DNA from: an uncultured Desulfarculus sp.
GTDB lineage: Bacteria; Desulfobacterota; Desulfarculia; Desulfarculales; Desulfarculaceae
Assembly (NCBI GenBank): GCA_963665125.2
Contig: CAXXUK010000001.1
Span: 1,504,001 to 1,568,000, forward strand
Length of the DNA stretch: 64,000 nucleotides
Direction: 5' to 3'
In this document: piece after piece, positions 1 to 10,452 of the stretch
How the letters are laid out: every line of letters starts with the position of its first letter
Numbering within the stretch: the first letter of the stretch is position 1
Notes under the pieces: generated by a model
What the model was told of the DNA's origin: nothing
Seen by the model: only the letters and a program-made list of their open reading frames with translations
The model's database searches: none
Position numbers and translations under genes: made by a program

Positions 1-210
1 CCAAGCGTAAACCTGGGACTCATGCAGGCCAAGCTGCTTGGCCGCACCAGCCACGCCCGCTTGCTCGGCCAAACCCAGCGCCTCAATCTTGAATTCCAGC
101 GAGTACCGTCGCCTGGTGGATTTCTTCTGGCTCTTCTGTGATGGCGCCGAACGCCTCCGTTAAGCAATTTACTCGCTTAAACGAGCGCCCGTCAAAACTG
201 GGCTGGATCA
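1..210 (-). mobile_element. IS3-family insertion sequence left end (IRL plus 5' part of OrfA), degenerate, truncated by window edge
   Basis: Minus strand from 210 reads TGATCCAGCCCAG...TAAGCGAGTAAA, resembling the IS3 IRL TGATCTTACCCAG...TAAGTGAGTAAA. Frame 126->1 reads KKSTRRRYSLEFKIEALGLAEQAGVAGAAKQLGLHESQVYAW, matching IS3 OrfA (InsE-type HTH). No ATG/GTG/TTG between the in-frame TAA and this segment. Confidence 0.85.
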
Positions 211-259
211 GAGCCCAAAAGGCCCAACGGCCACCACATAAACCCTACTGGCAAACCAT

Positions 260-1795
260 CTACTTCAACAGCTCTTCGGCCCGTTCCCTCACCGCCCGTT
301 CATCGTCCTCCAGGGCCAGTTTCAAGGCATCACGCGCTTCTGGTCCGCCTATTTCGCCCAGGGCTTCCACGGCGCTGAGGCGCAACCCCCAGTCCGGATA
401 CTGCAAGGCCTTGCGTAAACAGGCCAGGGCATCCGGTCCACTCAGCTTGCCCAGACCCGCCGCCGCCCTTTCGCTCACCCTGGATGATTCGTCCCCCAGG
501 GCCCGGCACAAGGGATAGACCGCCTCGGCCTGGCCGCATTCGACCAGGGCCTGCACGGCCAGCAAACGCAGGTTTTCATTGCCCATGCGCAACCAGGTAG
601 CCAGGGGCGGCAGCACCCTGGGATCCTGGATGCGGCCCAGGGCCTCCAACGCCCGGCCCCGCACCTCGGATCCGGGGCGGTCCAGGGCCGCAGTCAGGGG
701 GCCGATGGCCCGGGGGTCGGCCAAGGCTCCCAGCGCCTCCACCGTTGCCCGCTGGTTGAGGATGTCGGGCTTGTCCAGCTGTTCGATAAGGTCGGGCGTG
801 GCTCGCCTGTCCCCCACGGCGCCTAGGGCTATGATGACCTCCAGGCGCACGCTTTTGCTGGGGTCATGCAGGGCCCGCAGCAAGGCGGGCATGCTTTTGG
901 GGTCGCGCAGCTTGGCCAGCACCCGGGCGGCATCCAGCCGCTCTTCTCCCCGGCCGTAATCCAGGCTGTAGATGGCCTTGCCCAGTTGGTCGCCGTCCGC
1001 CGGCTTGGCCGGGGGGTGTTTGATCATCCGCACCGCCTGGGCCGCGGCCTGGCTCACCAATTGCTCCGGATCATTGTTCATGGCCTGCAGAGGGGCCAAG
1101 GCCCGTTTGTCCCCGATGCGCCCCAGGGACCAGGCCGCCTCCATCCGGATGGCATAGCTCTCGTCCTTCAGCCGGGGCAGCAGAACCGGCACCGCCCTGG
1201 CGTCACCGATCTGGCCCAGGGCCATCACCGCCAGGCGGCGGTTGTTGTGGGCCTTGTCATCCAGGGCGGCGATGAGGGGCTCCACCGCCCTGGCGTCCCC
1301 CACCATGCCCAGGGCCTGGGCCGCCGCCCCCCGCAATTCGATGGATTCATCCTTCAGGGCCGCGATCAAAGCTTCCGTTGCGCGCGGATCTCCGATGCAG
1401 CCCAGAGCGTCGGCCGCGAAATAACGCGTGGAGGGATCGGATTTTTGCAACGTTTCAATCAAGGCTGGCACAGCCGATGGATCCCTGATTTTCATCAAGG
1501 CCATCGCGGCCTCCATGCGCACCACAACATCCGAACTCCCAAGGGCCAGGACAAGGGCCGGCACCGCCCGGCGGTCACCCAGATTGCCCAGAATCTCAGC
1601 GGAATGGGCACTGACATAGCCGCCTCCGGTGCGCAGGCGCTCGATATTATCCAGCACCGGGTCGTCATCGGCCTGGACCGTTGAGAACGGGTCCAACAGC
1701 AGGGCCAGAAACAGGCAAGCCAGGCCCAAAAATCGCGCTCCGGCCCTACCGTGTTTTCCGCCGGTTGTAAATCGGCCAACCGTTTCCATCGTCAT
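260..1795 (-). CDS. Exported HEAT-repeat (PBS lyase-like) protein
   Basis: Many repeats of type VRxxAAxALGxIGDxRAVxxLxxAL; hydrophobic N-terminal segment ending VQA-DDD. ATG at 1795 overlaps the upstream TGA (ATGA coupling). Confidence 0.85.
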   Translation of the reverse strand: MTMETVGRFTTGGKHGRAGARFLGLACLFLALLLDPFSTVQADDDPVLDNIERLRTGGGYVSAHSAEILGNLGDRRAVPALVLALGSSDVVVRMEAAMALMKIRDPSAVPALIETLQKSDPSTRYFAADALGCIGDPRATEALIAALKDESIELRGAAAQALGMVGDARAVEPLIAALDDKAHNNRRLAVMALGQIGDARAVPVLLPRLKDESYAIRMEAAWSLGRIGDKRALAPLQAMNNDPEQLVSQAAAQAVRMIKHPPAKPADGDQLGKAIYSLDYGRGEERLDAARVLAKLRDPKSMPALLRALHDPSKSVRLEVIIALGAVGDRRATPDLIEQLDKPDILNQRATVEALGALADPRAIGPLTAALDRPGSEVRGRALEALGRIQDPRVLPPLATWLRMGNENLRLLAVQALVECGQAEAVYPLCRALGDESSRVSERAAAGLGKLSGPDALACLRKALQYPDWGLRLSAVEALGEIGGPEARDALKLALEDDERAVRERAEELLK

Positions 1796-2454
1796 TCTCC
1801 CTCTTGTCCGTCTCGATTCCAAACAACCCCGGCGCAATGCCGCGACGCCTTGTCCAGCGCCGCTTGGAAAACTTCCCGGTTGGGGCAATAGATCCTCATC
1901 ACCACCCGCCAGGAGTTCTTCAGGCTGATGACCATGGACCTATTATAAACCACGGCCTTGCGCACTTTGCCCCAGGGCACGAAGCGGTCCATCTGGGCTG
2001 ATTGCATCAGGGCGCCGCTGGTCAGGCCCATGTTTCCTCCGGCCGCGCCCGCCGTGCCGCTCAGTATTGAAACCAGTGAAATCAACACCCTGGTGCCTCC
2101 GCTGGTGGCGAATCCCACCCCCTGGGGAGTTAGCAAAAAGCGTTTGCAGTAGCGATTGAAAAAAAACACCAGGTACATGAATTGGAACAAAAGGTAAATC
2201 GCGACCAGGCTCAATCCGGTCAGCACCAGGGTTCCCCTTAATGGGGTTTTGGCATAAGGGTCATTGTATGCCATCAGACCCCAAGCCAGCAGGAGGACCG
2301 GGGCCAGCGCCAGCAAGAACTTGAAGGTGGCCCACTGCATGAAGCGGTTATTGATCAGGCTGATTTTGGCCTCCCAACTCATTTCCCGCCCGTCCGTTGA
2401 TACTTCCATACCGCCCTCGTCTTTGACTACCACGGATTGGTCCATTGGGTTCAT
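1792..2454 (-). CDS. Hypothetical membrane protein (paralogue of 2537-3163)
   Basis: Two TM helices, Gly/Ala-rich segment, C-terminal PWGKVRK...LKNSWRVVMRIYC. Start chosen at ATG 2454 behind GGAGA; start uncertain. Confidence 0.7.
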   Translation of the reverse strand: MNPMDQSVVVKDEGGMEVSTDGREMSWEAKISLINNRFMQWATFKFLLALAPVLLLAWGLMAYNDPYAKTPLRGTLVLTGLSLVAIYLLFQFMYLVFFFNRYCKRFLLTPQGVGFATSGGTRVLISLVSILSGTAGAAGGNMGLTSGALMQSAQMDRFVPWGKVRKAVVYNRSMVISLKNSWRVVMRIYCPNREVFQAALDKASRHCAGVVWNRDGQEGE

Positions 2455-2536
2455 CGGCAATCTCCGGGCCCATTGACGGCTCAGCGGCTCCGATGCAGCA
2501 CCCGCAGGTTCATGTAACCGCGCGGGCTCAAAAGGA

Positions 2537-3163
2537 TCATGTAAACACACGTCCTCGCAATTCCCTTGCCCCGGGGCAAAGGGACCGGCAGAGCTGCAAG
2601 GCCTGTTCATAGGTCTTTTGGTCCGCGCAATATAGCCTCAACACCGGCCGCCAGCGGTTGGAGAGGGTGATGGCCTTGTACCGGAAATGCGCGGTGATTT
2701 TCCGGACCTTGCTCCAGGGCAGGCGCAGATCACTGTAATTGAAAGTCATTAGGCCCGTTCCCAAGGCACTGCCCCCCAGCATGGACACACCCAGAGCAAA
2801 GCCCGCCCCGCCGGCCGCTTCCGCTACGGCCTTGCCCAGCCCACCGGACTGGAAACGGGCCCCGTCGCTGTTGATGGTGAACCGGGCGCCGTAACGATTG
2901 CGGAACATTCCCACCAGTATCAGCACCGCCAGCATCGTGAAACAAATGGTACCGGCCGCGAAAATCAGCGAGATACAGGCCCAATATCGGGTTAATTCGC
3001 CGCTGGACCACGCGCAGAAAAGCACGAACAGATAGACCAGGAAAAGGGCCAGACTCAGCCACTTGCCGGAGTCCCACCAGATGAAGGGATTGCTAATAAT
3101 CGGGATGCGCACACCCCAGGACAACTCCGGGCCGTCATTACTTCCCCGGTTACTCATTACCAC
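2537..3163 (-). CDS. Hypothetical membrane protein (paralogue of 1792-2454)
   Basis: Two TM helices, RYGARFTI..GARFQSGG, PWSKVRK...LSNRWRPVLRLYC; clearly homologous to the neighbouring ORF. Confidence 0.72.
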   Translation of the reverse strand: MVMSNRGSNDGPELSWGVRIPIISNPFIWWDSGKWLSLALFLVYLFVLFCAWSSGELTRYWACISLIFAAGTICFTMLAVLILVGMFRNRYGARFTINSDGARFQSGGLGKAVAEAAGGAGFALGVSMLGGSALGTGLMTFNYSDLRLPWSKVRKITAHFRYKAITLSNRWRPVLRLYCADQKTYEQALQLCRSLCPGARELRGRVFT

Positions 3164-3814
3164 TGCTCACCGTCATGCGGTTGGCCAAGACCAAAGTCAT
3201 CATTGCCTACCATGGAGATGGTTTCTCGCGGGAAACACGACCACGGCTATTTTGAGAACCGCAGCCAAGTTCACTCCCCCAGCCTGGCAGCCTTCATCGC
3301 TGCCCCTGCGCCGCAAAGGGTCGGTAGTGGTGAAACAGGAGAACCGGAGGAGCCACATGCACCAACCAGCTGCGTCCATGACTGAGGTTGTTTATGGTAG
3401 CTAAATACAAGTATAGCCGGTTGGGACGACAACACGCGCAAGGTTATGCTGAGAACTTAGACCACAAGTGGCCCGGCGTGCAATCCGCTGGGAATCGCCG
3501 CGGCGGATATGGAATCGCGGCTGAAATAGCACCAGCTGAGCAACATGGGCGAACACCTGATCCGCCAAACGGGCCACCGCCTGGAGCAGGAACGCCGGGG
3601 CCAGACCAACGTGATCGGTATTTGGGTGATAAAATAGCGGCAAAACAGGACCAGTGATGCCTTTTTGCCGTAAAAAGCCTCTTTGGGCCATGAATCATGG
3701 GCCGAAAAAGAGTTTTCTTCGGTTTTTTCACGGCTGTTTTTCCTGCAAATATGCAATGAAACACACCGGTTGCAGCAGGCGTCCCTGCGCGTGCACGTTG
3801 CGCCGTGGGTCTGG

Positions 3815-3912
3815 GGGTTGCATTTCCGGCCCGATGTGCTACGGTTTGAATGCATATTATTTGTGTTCAAAATATTTCGCTTCTAATATTTTCTTCACAA
3901 ATATTTTTTCCG
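3815..3912 (+). promoter_or_regulatory. Putative ect promoter region with AT-rich AATATTT repeats
   Basis: TTGCAT-N16-TACGGT with TG extension near 3818-3845, followed by three AATATTT copies (~3870-3906) in an otherwise GC-rich context upstream of ectA. Confidence 0.35.
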
Positions 3913-4125
3913 CATTAAAGAGGATCAAACATGCGTACAAGCGGCAAAGAAGACAACGAGGACCCGGATACTGGTCAACGCGGCACGCCCCGCGCAGAGC
4001 ATAGCACCCACAGACCGGCCACCCGCCCACGCATCTTGCCTATCCAGCTTGCAGGCGACGTGACGACGTCAATCAACGTTTTACGCGATCCTGCGCGGCA
4101 ATCTCCGCCACAGGTTGGCTAAGCC

Positions 4126-4611
4126 ATGGAACTGCTCGTACGCCCCACCCGGCTGGAGGACGGCGCCGCGGCTTACGGTCTGGTCAAGGCCTGCCCCGGC
4201 ATGGATATCAACTCCCTGTATGCCTATCTGATGCTTTGCAAGGAATTCAGCCGCACCTCACGCATGGCCTTCCGGGACGGCAAACCAATTGGCTACGTCT
4301 GCGGGTTCAGGCCTCCGCAGCGGCCTGAAGCGGTTTTCATCTGGCAGATAGTCGTTTCTCCCGACGCCCAAGGCACGGGAGTGGGCGGCAAGATGCTCCA
4401 TGATCTGGCCGCCGGACTCAGCCAAACCAAAGAATCCATCAGCTATGTCGAAGCCACGGTGGCCGGGGACAACCAGGCTTCGCGCGGGTTGTTCGGCGGG
4501 CTGGCCCAAAAGCTCGGCGCGCCTCTGAGGGAGGAGCCGTACCTCGCCGAAGGCCATTTCGGCGGACACGACCACCCGGCCGAGCCGTTGATACGCATAG
4601 GACCTTTCTAA
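4126..4611 (+). CDS. ectA: L-2,4-diaminobutyrate acetyltransferase
   Basis: DINSLYAYLMLC..F, FIWQIVV, EAT..DNQAS..LF and HPAEPLIRIGPF motifs; first gene of ectABC. Confidence 0.95.
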   Translation: MELLVRPTRLEDGAAAYGLVKACPGMDINSLYAYLMLCKEFSRTSRMAFRDGKPIGYVCGFRPPQRPEAVFIWQIVVSPDAQGTGVGGKMLHDLAAGLSQTKESISYVEATVAGDNQASRGLFGGLAQKLGAPLREEPYLAEGHFGGHDHPAEPLIRIGPF

Positions 4612-4663
4612 AAATTCTTTCATGAGCTCATGCCATGATTCAAACAAACAATATGGAGAGTAA

Positions 4664-5932
<1,269 letters not shown>

Positions 5933-5941
5933 GAGATCAAC

Positions 5942-6343
5942 ATGATAGTTCGCACCCTGGAACAGGCGGAAAACAGCCCCCGTTGCGTGAACACCGACAA
6001 CTGGCAGAGCGTGCGCATGCTGCTCAAAGGCGACGGCATGGGCTATTCGTTCCACATAACCACCATCCATGCGGGCACCGAAACCCACATCTGGTACCAA
6101 AACCATCTGGAGACGGTCTATTGCATGGAAGGCCATGGCGAGGTGGAGACCCTGGCCGACGGCACGATCCACAAGATCGAGCCGGGCACCATGTACGCCC
6201 TCAATGACAATGACGAACACCTGCTGCGGGCCCACAAAACCATGAAGCTGGCCTGCGTGTTCCGGCCCGCCCTGCACGGCGCGGAAGTGCACGACGAAAA
6301 CGGGGTCTATCCTCTGGAGGCCGAAGAGGTGACCGCGGGGTAG
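5942..6343 (+). CDS. ectC: Ectoine synthase
   Basis: MIVRTL...GMGYSFHITTI, WYQNHLETVYC, EVHDENGVYP cupin signature. Confidence 0.97.
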   Translation: MIVRTLEQAENSPRCVNTDNWQSVRMLLKGDGMGYSFHITTIHAGTETHIWYQNHLETVYCMEGHGEVETLADGTIHKIEPGTMYALNDNDEHLLRAHKTMKLACVFRPALHGAEVHDENGVYPLEAEEVTAG

Positions 6344-6366
6344 GTTTCTCGTATTCCTTTAATCTA

Positions 6367-6396
6367 AGGCCTCTTGGGAATAATCCTGGGAGGCCG
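6367..6396 (+). terminator. Hairpin between convergent ectC and sigma54 activator genes
   Basis: GGCCTCTTGGGA-ATAA-TCCTGGGAGGCC imperfect stem-loop. Confidence 0.5.
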
Positions 6397-6443
6397 AACT
6401 ATTTTCAGAGGATATTGGCGCTTTTCCTGGACATTATGTTTTT

Positions 6444-7976
6444 TCATTTGGTGGATATGCGGAGCTTGCGGATTTTTGACCGCAGAGTCGAGGGATTAAT
6501 CTCCAATAATTCCGCAGCGCCATTGGGGCCGGATATTTTGTTGTTCGTTTTTTTTAGGGCCAAGGCAATATGGCCCTTAACAGCTTCGTTCAGTGAAGAA
6601 ATAGGAGCGTCGGCATTATGATCGGCCCGGGCTGAGCCGACCAACTGGTTACCACCAAGCCAGTTAAAAACCAATTCGCCGCCATTGGCCAGAAACAACT
6701 CACGCTCAATGGCGTTTTCCAGTTCCCGGACATTGCCGGGCCAGTCGTACGCCCTTAGGCGGCGCATGGTTTCCCGGCTTATTTCCGGTGGGTCGGCAAA
6801 ACCCATACGGCGCCCTTTCTGTAAAATGAAATATTTTACCAGCATTGGCAGATCGCCTTTGCGTTCCTTCAATGGTGGTATTTTGATGGGAAATACCGAC
6901 AAACGATAATACAGGTCCTGCCGAAAATGCCCCTGGGCGACCATCTCCTCCAAATTCCGGTTGGTCGCCGCCACTACCCTGACGTTAACCTTGATCGGCC
7001 CTTTTCCACCGAGACGCTCTATTTCACGCTCCTGCAATACGCGTAATAACCGGATCTGTGCTTCAGCAGTAAGCTCGCCAATTTCGTCTAAGAACAGGGT
7101 GCCTCCATCAGCCCGTTCAAAACGGCCCTTGTAGAGCGCCATGGCCCCGGTAAAGGCCCCTTTTTCATGGCCGAACAGTTCGCTGTCTAAAAGTGAGGGG
7201 GCGATTGCACCGCAATTTAATTTGATCAAAGGACCATTTGGGTGACTCGACAGCTCATGAATCGCGCCGGCAATGACCTCTTTACCAACTCCTGTCTCAC
7301 CCAATAAAAGAACCGGAGATTCACCATGAGCGACTCTGCGTACCATTTCCATCACCCACCGGAGCCCGTAATCCGCTCCAATGATTTCCTTACTCACTTT
7401 ACGGTTTAGTTCATCCTGAAAAAAACGGCTTTCATCGGCAAAACGGTTTTTCAGCTCGTTCAACTCCAAAAAACGCAGGCTATTTGACAGGGCAACAGCA
7501 AAGGGCTCACGCAGCAGCGATAACAGATCAGCGTGCGCCTGTTCAAACTGACCATGGCCGGATTTGCGCAAAATCAGTGAGCCTATAAGTTTCTCACCAA
7601 CAATAAGGCGAACAATAAGGATCGACGCCCCATGAGCACCCAACCAAAGGGCATGTTTGGCAATGAAATGTTCTTCCGGGTGATTGACAATCATAATCTG
7701 CGGTACTTGGTTTGAATCCATTAGAGCGATAACGTCTTCCGGCAAATCCCAACATCTATTGTCAACAGTCCCACCATCATCATTGGCACTAGCTAATACC
7801 TTCATTTGCCCCTTGGCGAACTGTGGATGCATCAACATTAAATGGTCAACAGGCAGGTACTGTTTGAAGATTTGATAACAGCGAAACAGCGCCTGCTCAA
7901 TGTCAAGGCTGCTCGTAATGGCCAATATTGATTCCAGAAAAAATTGATTTCGTTCTACCGCCACGGAATTCTCCAA
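6444..7976 (-). CDS. Sigma54-dependent activator (GAF + AAA+ + Fis-type HTH; FhlA/NifA-like)
   Basis: GETGVGKE Walker A, ELFGHEKGAFTGA, LFLDEIGE, WPGNVREL, C-terminal HTH; N-terminal GAF-like region. TTG start uncertain. Confidence 0.92.
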   Translation of the reverse strand: MENSVAVERNQFFLESILAITSSLDIEQALFRCYQIFKQYLPVDHLMLMHPQFAKGQMKVLASANDDGGTVDNRCWDLPEDVIALMDSNQVPQIMIVNHPEEHFIAKHALWLGAHGASILIVRLIVGEKLIGSLILRKSGHGQFEQAHADLLSLLREPFAVALSNSLRFLELNELKNRFADESRFFQDELNRKVSKEIIGADYGLRWVMEMVRRVAHGESPVLLLGETGVGKEVIAGAIHELSSHPNGPLIKLNCGAIAPSLLDSELFGHEKGAFTGAMALYKGRFERADGGTLFLDEIGELTAEAQIRLLRVLQEREIERLGGKGPIKVNVRVVAATNRNLEEMVAQGHFRQDLYYRLSVFPIKIPPLKERKGDLPMLVKYFILQKGRRMGFADPPEISRETMRRLRAYDWPGNVRELENAIERELFLANGGELVFNWLGGNQLVGSARADHNADAPISSLNEAVKGHIALALKKTNNKISGPNGAAELLEINPSTLRSKIRKLRISTK

Positions 7977-8073
7977 ATATAACGTTTCGTCAAATATAAC
8001 TTAATTATTCGTTAAATTTAACATCATGTCAATGTTCCACAACTTATTATACTGATTTTATTGTCTTATTTTT

Positions 8074-8089
8074 TGGCAGGCTCCTTGCT
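8074..8089 (+). promoter_or_regulatory. Sigma54 -24/-12 promoter of the MBL-fold gene
   Basis: TGGCAG-GCTCC-TTGCT with canonical GG-N10-GC spacing, 45 bp before the ATG. Candidate activator sites CAAATATAAC x2 and GTTAAATTTAAC at ~7974-8023. Confidence 0.85.
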
Positions 8090-8133
8090 CTTAATACAGA
8101 AAAACCGATTACCGTTGTTGGAGGGAGAACAGC

Positions 8134-9123
8134 ATGAAAAGAAGATTTTCACCTCTATGGTGGCCAGCCTTTGCGGTGGCCAGTCCTGTATTGATCCCGC
8201 TCATGGCCTTGAAAAACCGTGACTTTCAAAAAGATGTCAAAAAAGCTTCCATTGCAAACCAAAGGCGTATTGACCGCGCACAATCCTTGGACATGCCGCA
8301 ACTTGAGCGCCTCGAGATAACACCGTTGGTGGAATGGCGAACCAACGATGGATTCGCCGGTGAACCGGGAGTCTCCCTGCTGGTATCAACAGATGAGGGA
8401 AATGTGTTGATAGATTTGGGGTTTGGAGCCGACAGCGGTGTCCTGGCACGTAATGCATTAAAATTTGGCTTTGATATCAACTCAATCGTTGCATTGGTCA
8501 TAACTCATTTGCACATCGATCACATAGGCGGTGGCCCAACAATTGTTGGAGACAAAATCCATTGGCCCTCGGAACTCGGCGACCCCGGCGGCAAGCCCTG
8601 CTTTTTACCGGAAAGCGCTGAGGCCCATGGCTTCACACCTCTGGCAGTTGAAAAGCCTACTTTACTGCCGGGCGGCATAGCCAGTACAGGCCCATTGGCC
8701 AGGCGTCTATTTTTCATGGGCTGGTGCGAAGAGCAGGTGATAATGGCCCGTGTAAAGGATAAAGGCCTGGTGGTGATAACAGGTTGCGGGCACCCAGGTT
8801 TGGAGACGGTCCTCAACATGGCTCGGCGCCTCTCGAAAAACCCAATTCATGCGGTCTTGGGCGGCTTGCATTATCCGCTTACCGAGAGCCGTTTAAAAAA
8901 ACCAGGGATTGAAGCGACAATGGTATTTGGAACAGGCAAGCCACCCTGGAAACGGATCAACCAAAACGACCTAGCGCAAGCGGTTCAAGCACTCCGGGAA
9001 GTAAACCCCAAGCGTCTGTTGCTTTCCGCTCACGACACTTGTGACTACGCACTTGATTATTTTAACCAGAACCTGCCGGCGGAATTCGAGGTCCTTTCCG
9101 CAGGCCAAACGTACGTATTCTGA
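8134..9123 (+). CDS. Metallo-beta-lactamase-fold hydrolase
   Basis: THLHIDHIGG metal motif, ITGCGHPG, GGLH, SAHD; N-terminal hydrophobic anchor. Confidence 0.85.
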   Translation: MKRRFSPLWWPAFAVASPVLIPLMALKNRDFQKDVKKASIANQRRIDRAQSLDMPQLERLEITPLVEWRTNDGFAGEPGVSLLVSTDEGNVLIDLGFGADSGVLARNALKFGFDINSIVALVITHLHIDHIGGGPTIVGDKIHWPSELGDPGGKPCFLPESAEAHGFTPLAVEKPTLLPGGIASTGPLARRLFFMGWCEEQVIMARVKDKGLVVITGCGHPGLETVLNMARRLSKNPIHAVLGGLHYPLTESRLKKPGIEATMVFGTGKPPWKRINQNDLAQAVQALREVNPKRLLLSAHDTCDYALDYFNQNLPAEFEVLSAGQTYVF

Positions 9124-9267
9124 TGAGCGTGGGGTACTGATTTCACCAAATCCAATGTCCTTTCCGGAAAATCCCAACTCGTCGTGTTAATACCGACGAG
9201 TTGGGATGATCTGATATCAGATATTCCCCAAACCCTTATAAACCGGTCAATTTGGCATCACGGATGG

Positions 9268-10383
9268 CTAACCGATCAGTTGGTCCAGGGGCGTATAAGT
9301 CAGACCAAAGGCCTCGGCCACACCCCGGCAGGTGACCTTGCCTTTCACGACATTGGCGCCCAGGGCGATCTCCCGGCTGTCGCGCATGGCCTGTTGCCAG
9401 CCCAGGTTGGCTATTTGAAGGGCATAGGGCAAGGTGGCGTTGGTCAGGGCGCAGGTTGATGTCCGGGCCACGGCGCCGGGCATGTTGGCCACGCAGTAAT
9501 GGACCACGCCATCGACGGTGTAAATTGGGTCGTCATGGGTGGTGGGCCGGGATGTCTCAAAGCAGCCGCCCTGGTCGATTGCCACATCCACCAGGACCGC
9601 GCCTTTTTTCATGGTTGGCAGCATGTCCCTGGTCACCAGTTTGGGCGCCTTTGCCCCGGCCACCAACACGGCGCCGACCACCACGTCGGCCTCGCGCAAG
9701 AGCTTGCGGATCAAAGCCGGCGTGGCCATCAGCGGAAAGCAATTGGCGGGCATGACGTCGCTCAGATAGCGCAGGCGGTCCAGGTTCATATCCAGGATAT
9801 ATACCTTGGCCCCCAGGCCGCAGGCCATCTTGGCCGCGTTGGCGCCCACCACGCCGCCGCCGATGATCAGCACCGTGCCCGGATCAACACCGGGCACCCC
9901 GCCCATCAACACGCCGTGACCGCCCTGGGCCATCTCCAAGTACTTGGCGCCCTGCTGAATGGACATACGGCCGGCAACCTCGCTCATGGGCGTCAACAGC
10001 GGCAAGGCTCCCGAGCCGGTCTCAATGGTCTCATAGGCGATGTTGACGGAACCGGACTCCATCAGGGCCATGGTCAGCGCCTCGTCGGCCGCCAAATGCA
10101 GGTATGTAAAGACGATCTGGTCCTTGCGGATCAGGCCGAATTCGGAAGGCTGGGGCTCCTTGACGTGCATCACCATATCGGCTCCGGCAAAGACCTCATG
10201 GGGCGCGGCCAATATTTCGGCGCCGGCCCTGATGTAGGCCTCGTCACTGATGCCGCTGCCCCGGCCCGCCGAGGCCTCCACCAACACCGTATGCCCGTTG
10301 GCGGTCATCATCTCCACGCCCGGAGGGGTCATGGAGACCCTGTTTTCGTGTTTTTTTATTTCCTTGAGTATCCCGACTATCAT
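9268..10383 (-). CDS. ald: Alanine dehydrogenase
   Basis: [52 protein letters not shown]. Start set at ATG 10383. Confidence 0.96.
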   Translation of the reverse strand: MIVGILKEIKKHENRVSMTPPGVEMMTANGHTVLVEASAGRGSGISDEAYIRAGAEILAAPHEVFAGADMVMHVKEPQPSEFGLIRKDQIVFTYLHLAADEALTMALMESGSVNIAYETIETGSGALPLLTPMSEVAGRMSIQQGAKYLEMAQGGHGVLMGGVPGVDPGTVLIIGGGVVGANAAKMACGLGAKVYILDMNLDRLRYLSDVMPANCFPLMATPALIRKLLREADVVVGAVLVAGAKAPKLVTRDMLPTMKKGAVLVDVAIDQGGCFETSRPTTHDDPIYTVDGVVHYCVANMPGAVARTSTCALTNATLPYALQIANLGWQQAMRDSREIALGANVVKGKVTCRGVAEAFGLTYTPLDQLIG

Positions 10384-10452
10384 TGTTTTCCCCTGGCGGC
10401 ACATGTCAATGTACGTGCCGTCATTTATGGTTCAGGCAAACCGGGCAGGCGT

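Noticed and set aside
866..1684. Long antisense ORFs (also 9499-10527, 14208-15242, 19228-20316, 27851-29248, 44699-45862, 54457-55398, 57529-58554)
   Set aside because: They shadow well-supported genes on the opposite strand, as expected from GC-rich codon bias, and contain no recognisable motifs.
3170..4125. Several short overlapping ORFs and a possible riboswitch/ncRNA in the long intergenic region before ectA
   Set aside because: No protein motifs or convincing RBS, and no RNA family consensus that I can recognise; a covariance-model search would be needed.
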